Shown here: in pieces, positions 9,016 to 16,038 of the stretch
Layout of the letters: every line of letters starts with the position of its first letter
Numbering within the stretch: the first letter of the stretch is position 1
From: Armatimonadota bacterium
GTDB lineage: Bacteria; Armatimonadota; UBA5829; DTLH01
Assembly (NCBI GenBank): GCA_039680575.1
Contig: JBDKSP010000115.1
Coordinates: 1-20,430 of the forward strand
Length of the DNA: 20,430 nucleotides
Direction of reading: 5' to 3'
Made by a program: the position numbers and the translations under genes
The notes under the pieces: generated by a model
What the model was told of the DNA's origin: nothing
The model's database searches: none
What the model saw: the letters and a program-made list of their open reading frames with translations, nothing else

Positions 9016-9041
9016 ATTAGTTAGCTCTCAATGTAGACGGT

Positions 9042-9050
9042 ATTATATCA
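9042..9050 (-). promoter_or_regulatory. Extended -10 promoter for the partner-switching operon
   Basis: Minus strand reads TG-a-TATAAT 26 nt before the ATG; a TTGATA lies upstream at a short 15-bp spacing. Confidence 0.6.
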
Positions 9051-9100
9051 TATTTAGGGCTTTATCAAAACTGTAAATTCACAGTCGGGTCCATTTTTCC

Positions 9101-9157
9101 TGGATTCCGAATCAAGTTCGGAATGACGTTGTGGTAGTTCGGCAAGACGTTGTGATA
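9101..9157. repeat. RS3/REP-like palindrome plus a 21-bp tandem duplication
   Basis: TGG-ATTCCGAA-tcaag-TTCGGAAT-GAC (9101-9127); gttcggaatgacgttgtggta (9116-9136) vs gttcggcaagacgttgtgata (9137-9157), 18/21 identical. Confidence 0.7.
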
Positions 9158-9203
9158 ATTCAGCATAATGCTATACTCATCAACTTTGAACTCTTACCGA
9201 TCC

Positions 9204-9232
9204 TTGACGCCGGTGCGTAAATATGACATACT
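9204..9232 (+). promoter_or_regulatory. sigma70 promoter for the hypothetical-nfo pair
   Basis: TTGACG (9204-9209), 17-bp spacer, TG-a-CATACT (9224-9232). Confidence 0.6.
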
Positions 9233-9310
9233 ATGCCGACTCGTGGGGTACACTCTGCTAGCAGGCGGGTATAGATATTTTTGCGGCCTGCCGTATTTTA
9301 GGAGACTGCT

Positions 9311-9634
9311 TTGGATAATAAATTCAGGCTTTCGAGGCTTGTCAGGACTGTTGCCTCGGAAATATACATCATATGGGAAGGCGACCGGCGGATAGGACAG
9401 GTCCATCTGCATTACGCTCACGATACGATCCATGCGACGATTATACTTGAGATCGATCTTTCGATAACGGATGAAGAGACATTGCTGCAGCAGATCGATG
9501 AAGATATAGTCTCTTCCTACCTTCCTAGTTTCGAGCGTGAAGACCTGCTGGTGACGATCTTCCGGGGTGAGGAAATCAACTCCTTCAGTTTCGCTCCCGA
9601 CGACATGGACGGCCTCGGCCCCGATATAGATTAG
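9311..9634 (+). CDS. Small acidic hypothetical protein (107 aa)
   Basis: AGGAG SD 6 nt before a TTG start; globular-looking alternating beta/alpha pattern; 11-nt gap to nfo. Confidence 0.8.
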   Translation: MDNKFRLSRLVRTVASEIYIIWEGDRRIGQVHLHYAHDTIHATIILEIDLSITDEETLLQQIDEDIVSSYLPSFEREDLLVTIFRGEEINSFSFAPDDMDGLGPDID

Positions 9635-9645
9635 CGCCGGACAAT

Positions 9646-10488
9646 ATGCGACTGGGAGTCCACGTAAGCATCGGTAAAGGTCTGCGGGCAGCCGCCGAAC
9701 ATGCGGGTGAGTTGGGCTGTGAGAGTATCCAGATGTTCTCCAGCAACCCGAACTCCTGGAAGGTGAAAGATCTGGACGAAGGTGCAGCCGCAGCCTTCCG
9801 CGAAGGGATAGAAAGGTTGGGCATCCGGCCTGTGGCGCTGCACACACCGTATCTGCTCAATCTGGCTTCGTCCAAGAACGATATTTGGACGAACAGTTGG
9901 GAAAACCTGGCCTGGGCGCTCGAAAAAGCCGCAGTGATCGGTGCGGATTATACCGTTACCCACATCGGAAGCCATGGCGGCGATGGGTTCGAGACCGGCG
10001 CGGACCGGGTGAAAGACGGCATCATCTGCGCGCTCGACAAGGCTTCCGGCAATGCGATGGCGCTCCTTGAAGCCGGTTCAGGCGGAGGTAATACCATCGG
10101 CTGGAGATTCGAGGAACTGGCTTCGATCCTCGAACGGTTGGATGATTACCAGGGGCGGGTAGGTGTGTGCCTCGACACCGCGCACCTCTGGGGCGCGGGT
10201 TACGACATCTCCACTGCCGCCGGGGTGGACAAGACCCTCGGAGATTTCGACCGGCTGATCGGGCTTTCACAGCTCAAAGTCATCCACCTCAATGACACCC
10301 GGAAACTGCTTGGCTCCCGCGCAGACAGGCACTGGCATATCGGCCAGGGCAATATAGGGACGGAAGGGTTCAAAGCGATAGTAAACCACCCCTCGTTTTC
10401 CGATACCGCAGGGATACTCGAAACCCCGGATATGGAGTCCGGCAAGGACATCGAGAACCTAAACGAGCTCAAAAAGCTGCGTTTATAG
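9646..10488 (+). CDS. nfo: Endonuclease IV (AP endonuclease 2)
   Basis: GVHVSI, HTPYLLNLAS, HIGS, LLE, CLDTAH, HLND, DRHWHIG and ILETP metal-ligand motifs. Confidence 0.96.
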   Translation: MRLGVHVSIGKGLRAAAEHAGELGCESIQMFSSNPNSWKVKDLDEGAAAAFREGIERLGIRPVALHTPYLLNLASSKNDIWTNSWENLAWALEKAAVIGADYTVTHIGSHGGDGFETGADRVKDGIICALDKASGNAMALLEAGSGGGNTIGWRFEELASILERLDDYQGRVGVCLDTAHLWGAGYDISTAAGVDKTLGDFDRLIGLSQLKVIHLNDTRKLLGSRADRHWHIGQGNIGTEGFKAIVNHPSFSDTAGILETPDMESGKDIENLNELKKLRL

Positions 10489-10500
10489 TTGTTTTTTTGT

Positions 10501-10532
10501 TTGACACAGTCATGGACACGAGAGTATACTCT
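10501..10532 (+). promoter_or_regulatory. sigma70 promoter for USP-trkA genes with a palindrome over the -10
   Basis: TTGACA (10501-10506), 18-bp spacer, TATACT (10525-10530), preceded by a T tract; AGAGTATACTCT (10521-10532) is a perfect palindrome. Confidence 0.7.
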
Positions 10533-10579
10533 GGAGTTGTACGTCCGATAAGGTTCGCGGGTATTAAGAAGGGTCTGCA

Positions 10580-11017
10580 GTGGAAATAAAGCATATACTC
10601 GTCCCGTATATGGGCACATCGAAAGACCAGGAATTGCTTCACACTGTGTGCAGGCTTGCGGCTTCCTATAGAGCCAGAATATCCGTGGTCCATGTGCTGG
10701 AGATCCCGACGAACCTGCCGGTCGATGTGGAAGACGCGCCCGGAGCCGTGGAAGGCAATGATATTCTGGACCGCGCCGAGATGATAGCGGAATCCGCATG
10801 TGCGAAGGTTCAGACCGTCCTTTTGCAGGCTCGCGATGCAGGCCATGCCATAGTGGAAGAAGCGATAGCGCTCGGAGTGGAGCTTATCATTATGGAAGTC
10901 CGTCAAAGACATTGGCTGGGAATACTCGCGTTGGGACATACCACGGAATATGTACTGAAGCATGCACCGATGGCGGTCTGGATCAGTCGGTTTCCAGACA
11001 TGGTTTCGGAGACGTAA
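10580..11017 (+). CDS. Universal stress protein (USP) family
   Basis: KHILVP, VVHV, GHAIVEEA...ELIIM, LGHTTEYVLKHAP..V; GTG start with AAGGG upstream. Confidence 0.9.
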   Translation: MEIKHILVPYMGTSKDQELLHTVCRLAASYRARISVVHVLEIPTNLPVDVEDAPGAVEGNDILDRAEMIAESACAKVQTVLLQARDAGHAIVEEAIALGVELIIMEVRQRHWLGILALGHTTEYVLKHAPMAVWISRFPDMVSET

Positions 11018-11050
11018 GGCGGATTATTCCGAGCAAAGGAGCTTTTTGCG

Positions 11051-11491
11051 ATGAAGATAGTGATTTTAGGATGCGGACGTATGGGTTCGATCATGGCTAA
11101 AAGATTGTCCGCAGTGGGACATTCCGTCAGCGTTATCGATCAGGATGCCGATGCGTTCAGAAGACTCGATGATTTCAACGGAAAGATGGTGCTCGGCAAT
11201 GGACTCGACCCCGATGTCCTGATAAGGGCTGGAATAGAAGGCGCCGATGCGTTCGTCGCGGTCACCAACGGAGACAACAGGAATATAACGTCTGTGCAGA
11301 TTGCGAAGGAGATATTCAGCGTTCCCAAAGTGCTGGCTCGGATTTACGATCCGATGCGCGCCGCGGCTTATGATGAGCTTGGTATCCCAACCCTGTGCAC
11401 TACGGTTATCGGTGCTGGTCTGATGGCTGATTATCTTCTCAACAAACAGTGGGGAGATATCTCGCATTATTGCGATATGCCGCTGGATTAG
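11051..11491 (+). CDS. TrkA-family protein, RCK_N (NAD-binding) domain only
   Basis: IVILGCGRMG Rossmann motif, AGIEGADAFVAVTNGDNRN, VPKVLARIYDP; ends before any RCK_C domain. Confidence 0.9.
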   Translation: MKIVILGCGRMGSIMAKRLSAVGHSVSVIDQDADAFRRLDDFNGKMVLGNGLDPDVLIRAGIEGADAFVAVTNGDNRNITSVQIAKEIFSVPKVLARIYDPMRAAAYDELGIPTLCTTVIGAGLMADYLLNKQWGDISHYCDMPLD

Positions 11492-11581
11492 TCAGCTTTA
11501 TTCGCGAAGCAGATAAAGCTCTCGCTAAAAGAGCATTATTCACGCTTGTCGTGAGTAATGCGGGTTAGTCGGAGGTTAAAT

Positions 11582-12250
11582 ATGTATGTGATAATTGCCG
11601 GTGGCGGCAAAGTAGGACAATATCTGACAAAGGCGCTTCTGGCTGAAGGCCATGAAGTATTGCTTATCGAACAGGACAGGCGTGAGATCGACAGGTTGAC
11701 CGAAGACCTCGGTGAGGTAGTCATGCGCGGCGATGGGTCCGAGATGCGGACTATGAAAGATGCCGGGATGGAACGCGCCGATGTAGTAGTAGCCGTAACA
11801 GGTGACGACGGAGACAACCTGGTTATATCGCAGCTTGCCAAGCGGAAGTTTGACGTGCCGCGAGTGATAGCCCGCGTCAATAACCCGAAAAACGAGGAGC
11901 TTTTCCACCGTCTCGGGGTAGACCAGACAGTAGTCAGCACGAAAATTATATTCAACCTGATAGAGCAGCAGATAGAGACGGACCAGGTGATTCCGATTGC
12001 AGCGCTTAAGCGCGGCAACATCGAGATTGTAGAGATCGATCTGTCCAGTGATTCCAAAGTAAAGGGCATTACAGTTGGGATGTTGGACCTCCCGGAGGAC
12101 ACGTTGATTATATCGGTCATTCGCGGCGACCATGCGATCATCCCTCACGCCGATACTATGCTAAAATCAGACGACAGCGTAATCGCGATGGTAAAAGCGA
12201 ACCAGGAAGTGCAGCTCCGCCAGGTCTTTGCCAGTAACAACCAAAAATAG
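11582..12250 (+). CDS. TrkA-family potassium uptake regulatory protein (RCK_N + RCK_C)
   Basis: IIAGGGKVG, ADVVVAVTGDDGDNL, RVIARVNNPKN and C-terminal RCK_C (LIISVIRG..AIIP); start placed at ATG 11582 after GGAGGT. Confidence 0.92.
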   Translation: MYVIIAGGGKVGQYLTKALLAEGHEVLLIEQDRREIDRLTEDLGEVVMRGDGSEMRTMKDAGMERADVVVAVTGDDGDNLVISQLAKRKFDVPRVIARVNNPKNEELFHRLGVDQTVVSTKIIFNLIEQQIETDQVIPIAALKRGNIEIVEIDLSSDSKVKGITVGMLDLPEDTLIISVIRGDHAIIPHADTMLKSDDSVIAMVKANQEVQLRQVFASNNQK

Positions 12251-12323
12251 GGAACTTTCACCTGTGGAAAACGTGTCCTATAATTGTAGAGTCAATATCA
12301 GTTCTTTTGAGTAGAAAGATGAA

Positions 12324-13556
12324 ATGGAGCGTGACTTGAAGTATCGAATATTACTCCTGATACTCATCCTGATAGTTCCCTTGGTTGTTGCGGGCTGCGG
12401 CGGGTCTTCCGGGTCGGCGACAGACAAGTTTAAAAGCGGAACTGGAAGCAGCGGCAGTTGGACAGTCCTCGTATTTCTGAACGCGGACAACGACCTCGAG
12501 CCCTATGGTATCCTGAACTTCAACCAGATGGAGAAAATCGGTTCGACGGACAATGTGAAGATAGTCGTCCAGATGGACCGCTCGCCTGGTTATGATTCGT
12601 CAAACAGCAACTGGACCGGCACAAGGCGTTACCTCGTGACCAAGGACAGCGATACCGACAAAATAAACTCCCAGATGATCGAGGATATGGGAGAGATAGA
12701 CATGGGCAGTCCGGATACACTGAAGGAGTTCATCAACTGGGGTGAAGAGAACTACCCGGCGGACCGCTACTGCCTCGTTATCTGGAACCATGGTTCCGGC
12801 TGGCGCACTGCAGCATACCAGCCGCAGCTTACAAAGAATGTCTCCTATGACGACACCAGTAACACCAGCATAAAGACCACCGACCTGCCTAATGCCCTGT
12901 CCGGCATATCTCAGCAGATAGATCTCATCGCATTCGACGCATCGCTTATGCAGATGCTCGAAGTAGCTTATGAACTCAGGGACAGCGGCCGCATACTGGT
13001 GGGTTCCGAAGAAAGCCCTCCCGGAGACGGTTATGTATACGACACATGGCTCAAAAAGCTCGCCGCATCGCCCAGCATGGGCGCTACAGAGCTGGGAACG
13101 GTGATCGCTCAGGAATACGTCAATGCCTATGTCGACAATTATTCCGTAACACAGTCGGTTATAGAGCTTTCCAAAGTCTATGATGTGGCCCAGGCAGCGG
13201 ATGATTTCGCTACGGCAGTCATTCCTCATATGACGACTGACGCGGCATCGCTGAGGACCGCTCGCAGCAATGCCCAGTCTTATGCTTACGATTATTACAA
13301 AGACCTGATAGACTATGCGGCGTTGGTCAACCAGCTTATTCCTGATTCCGCTGTGTCCGCGGCGTACAGTAAGCTGCAGACAGCTCTGTCAGCGGCTGTA
13401 GTCTATGAGAAACACACAGGAGATAGTGTAGACAGAAGCCACGGTCTCTCTATCTATGTACCCGAAGCAGGAGACTACATAGAACGCTACGGGACCCTTT
13501 CGTTCTCCCAAGACTTTCCTAATTGGGCAAGTATGATCCAGGCTCAAAAGGAATAG
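12324..13556 (+). CDS. Clostripain-family (peptidase C11-like) lipoprotein with Ser at the catalytic Cys position
   Basis: Lipobox VAG-C25, Gly/Ser linker, WTVLVFLNADNDLE, DMGSPDTL..FI.W....YPADRY.LVIWNHGSGW, IAFDASLMQMLEVAYEL, SEE..PG.G, GLSIY.P. Confidence 0.9.
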   Translation: MERDLKYRILLLILILIVPLVVAGCGGSSGSATDKFKSGTGSSGSWTVLVFLNADNDLEPYGILNFNQMEKIGSTDNVKIVVQMDRSPGYDSSNSNWTGTRRYLVTKDSDTDKINSQMIEDMGEIDMGSPDTLKEFINWGEENYPADRYCLVIWNHGSGWRTAAYQPQLTKNVSYDDTSNTSIKTTDLPNALSGISQQIDLIAFDASLMQMLEVAYELRDSGRILVGSEESPPGDGYVYDTWLKKLAASPSMGATELGTVIAQEYVNAYVDNYSVTQSVIELSKVYDVAQAADDFATAVIPHMTTDAASLRTARSNAQSYAYDYYKDLIDYAALVNQLIPDSAVSAAYSKLQTALSAAVVYEKHTGDSVDRSHGLSIYVPEAGDYIERYGTLSFSQDFPNWASMIQAQKE

Positions 13557-13569
13557 CTTTCCATCATTA

Positions 13570-13598
13570 ACAGGCAGGGGCTCCATGTTCCTGCCTGT
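13570..13598. repeat. REP-like/terminator hairpin with CTCCATG loop
   Basis: ACAGGCAGGGG-ctccatg-TTCCTGCCTGT, 11-bp stem including two G-U pairs, 13 nt after the stop codon. Confidence 0.65.
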
Positions 13599-13633
13599 AT
13601 CCCACTATAAATATCTTCGACTTTTCCTCAGAC

Positions 13634-13662
13634 CTGAATTTTGAGATCCGTAATGCCGATAA
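13634..13662 (+). promoter_or_regulatory. Candidate sigma28 (FliA/SigD/WhiG-type) promoter
   Basis: CTGAA (13634-13638), 16-bp spacer, exact GCCGATAA (13655-13662), 38 nt before the ATG. Confidence 0.45.
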
Positions 13663-13700
13663 TTCCATGAAGACTCACTAAAAGAAGGATGACGGCATAG

Positions 13701-14117
13701 ATGATCGATACTGAACCGACGATAGCCATAAACACATTGAGCAGCTATCCGCTCGTAACCCTGAAGGGAACTGTAACCACCTGGCATGGGCTGGCTCTAG
13801 ATGATGTGATCGATAACTGTATTACGGAAGGCGCTGGTTCGGTAACGCTGGACATAACGCAGGCGTCATTTCCGGAGGCGGAGAGCCTTTCGACGCTGAT
13901 CCGGACGCTTCGCATAAGCTGCAGGTACGCTCATATAGCAGTTGTGGCGGGTGACAGGACGGCTGCTATACTCAGTTCGGCAAAACTTGGGTCCAATGTG
14001 GATATCCTCGCAACGCTGGATGAGGCTTTCGATATTCCGCGCCCGATACCGGAATATCTGACATCGCGTAGGATCACCCAAACAGCGGAAAAGCTGGAAC
14101 TGCCGATGGCTGCCTGA
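13701..14117 (+). CDS. Degenerate STAS-like protein
   Basis: LVTLKG.V, VTLDITQASF and TLDEA pattern follows the STAS fold but lacks the D(S/T)xG phospho-loop; AAGGA SD upstream. Confidence 0.6.
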   Translation: MIDTEPTIAINTLSSYPLVTLKGTVTTWHGLALDDVIDNCITEGAGSVTLDITQASFPEAESLSTLIRTLRISCRYAHIAVVAGDRTAAILSSAKLGSNVDILATLDEAFDIPRPIPEYLTSRRITQTAEKLELPMAA

Positions 14118-14197
14118 CCTTCGAGGGACACTTCCGCTGCCAGAGCAACTCTATATTCCTCAAAAACCTTATCGATATGTAAATTGTATCTGCCGCA

Positions 14198-14206
14198 TGG
14201 TATAAT
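14198..14206 (+). promoter_or_regulatory. Extended -10 promoter upstream of the GH20 gene
   Basis: TG-g-TATAAT; no clear -35. Confidence 0.55.
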
Positions 14207-14304
14207 ATCGGCCGTTAGGCTGTCTGTCATCTCCGTTTAGGCGGGATGTTTTGAGACAGCGTAAGTCGTTGATGATAGCACTATACTTAAAGAGGATAAT
14301 ACCG

Positions 14305-15831
14305 ATGCCGCTTCAGGATACAAATGCAACCGCTATAACCGTGATACCCAGACCATTACGGATCGAGACCGGCGAGGGCGTATTCGCCATTCACCCCGGC
14401 ACTTCGATCGTAGTCGACAGCAACCTGGAAGAAGCAGGGCGGGTAGGAAAATACCTGGCCGGAGTACTTTCAGCTCCTACAGGATTCGATATCGGAATTG
14501 CCGAAAATGCCGGGACGGATTGTATCATCTTGACTACTTCGGATGCGGACCCCGGACTCGGGACAGAAGGATACGAGCTTACGGTCAACCGAAACTCGGT
14601 CGTTGTGCGCGCTCACGGACCCGCAGGGCTTTTCTACGGTGTCCAGACCATCAGGCAGCTCCTTCCGGCTGCCGTGGAATATCGGAAACCGGCGGAAAAC
14701 ACACAATGGACGATCCCATGCCTCAGGATCGAGGATAAACCCCGTTATTCCTGGCGTGGGCTGATGCTGGATGTCTGCAGGCACTTCATGCCGGTCGAGA
14801 GCGTCAAGCGGTTTATCGACCTGATGGCAATGTTCAAGCTCAACACGTTCCACTGGCACCTGACGGAAGACCAGGGCTGGAGGATAGAGATAAAGAAATA
14901 CCCCAGGCTGACCGAGACCGGTTCGCGGCGCATCGAAGACGGCAAACCTTACGGCGGCTTCTATACCCAGGACGAGATTTGTGATGTCGTACAGTACGCA
15001 GAAGAAAGGTCCATCACTGTAGTCCCGGAGATCGAGCTTCCAGGTCATGCAATGGCTGCTTTAGCGGCATATCCTGAGTATTCCTGCACAGGCGGCCCGT
15101 TTTCGGTTCCTGCAACCTGGGGCGTATTCCAGGATGTTTACTGCGCGGGTAATGACGCGGCATTCAGCTTCATAGAGGACATTCTGGGCGAGGTGTTCGA
15201 TCTTTTTCCAAGTAAATTCATCCACATCGGCGGCGACGAGTGCCCGAAAGACAGGTGGAAAACCTGCCCGAAATGCCAGGAGCGCATAAAAGCAGAGGGG
15301 CTTACCGACGAGCATGAGCTCCAGAGTTACTTCATCCGAAGGATCGAAAAGTTCCTCAATTCTAACGGTAGAAGATTGATCGGCTGGGATGAAATACTTG
15401 AAGGTGGGCTGGCTCCGAACGCTACTGTTATGTCTTGGAGAGGAGTGGACGGAGGTATTGCCGCTGCGCGTCAGGGCCACGATGTTGTCATGAGTCCGAC
15501 CAGCCACTGCTACTTCGACTACCCGTACGACAGTATATCTACTGAGAAAGTCTACTCCTACGAACCTGTTCCCGAAGAGCTTACGGAAGAGGAGGCTGCC
15601 CACATCCTCGGTGCGCAGGCGAATATCTGGACGGAGTGTATACCGGACCAGAGCCGGGTAGACTATATGACATTTCCCAGGGCTTTGGCACTCTCCGAAG
15701 TTGTCTGGACTTCAGCGGAGCTTCGTGACTGGAACTGCTTTGAACAGAGACTTGCGGAGCAGATAAAGAGGCTGGGCATACTCGGCGTTAATTATCAAAC
15801 CCCATCCATGAGGGGTCCCAAAGAGGGTTAA
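14305..15831 (+). CDS. Beta-N-acetylhexosaminidase, GH20 (GH20b + catalytic barrel)
   Basis: VIPRP, EGYEL, RGLMLDVCRHF, HWHLTEDQGWR, VPEIELPGH, catalytic HIGGDE, GWDEI, IWTE, FPR..ALSE; start placed at ATG 14305 after AGAGGA (ORF track starts at TTG 14251). Confidence 0.95.
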   Translation: MPLQDTNATAITVIPRPLRIETGEGVFAIHPGTSIVVDSNLEEAGRVGKYLAGVLSAPTGFDIGIAENAGTDCIILTTSDADPGLGTEGYELTVNRNSVVVRAHGPAGLFYGVQTIRQLLPAAVEYRKPAENTQWTIPCLRIEDKPRYSWRGLMLDVCRHFMPVESVKRFIDLMAMFKLNTFHWHLTEDQGWRIEIKKYPRLTETGSRRIEDGKPYGGFYTQDEICDVVQYAEERSITVVPEIELPGHAMAALAAYPEYSCTGGPFSVPATWGVFQDVYCAGNDAAFSFIEDILGEVFDLFPSKFIHIGGDECPKDRWKTCPKCQERIKAEGLTDEHELQSYFIRRIEKFLNSNGRRLIGWDEILEGGLAPNATVMSWRGVDGGIAAARQGHDVVMSPTSHCYFDYPYDSISTEKVYSYEPVPEELTEEEAAHILGAQANIWTECIPDQSRVDYMTFPRALALSEVVWTSAELRDWNCFEQRLAEQIKRLGILGVNYQTPSMRGPKEG

Positions 15832-15975
15832 TCCGGCTGTAGCAGCTTTTCTATTTGATGCATCTTAAACATGTGTCTAATATTTCGTCAATAACGTGGA
15901 ATTACCCAATTGAAGTAGTCATTATATAACGACTATTTGCTGATTTCCGGCTGTTCTGCAGTCGAAATCTTCCAG

Positions 15976-16008
15976 AGGGTTTCAGGTGTGGGGTACACCT
16001 GAAACCCT
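15976..16008. other. Perfect 14-bp stem-loop upstream of the GGDEF/HD-GYP gene
   Basis: AGGGTTTCAGGTGT-ggggt-ACACCTGAAACCCT. Confidence 0.75.
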
Positions 16009-16038
16009 TAAATTAACTGGTCTCTGGGGTGATTTCAT

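Noticed and set aside
9116..9178. CRISPR mini-array
   Set aside because: Units are contiguous with no spacers and there are no cas genes.
6287..9300. Genomic island integrated at tRNA-Gly
   Set aside because: No integrase and no duplicated tRNA 3' end downstream in the window; the 9-bp TCCCGCTCC match at 896-904 is upstream and too short.
10533..10579. c-di-AMP or other riboswitch, or a second sigma28 promoter (TCCGATAA 10544-10551), before USP-trkA
   Set aside because: The leader is under 50 nt with no recognisable aptamer, and the sigma28 match is imperfect at both boxes.
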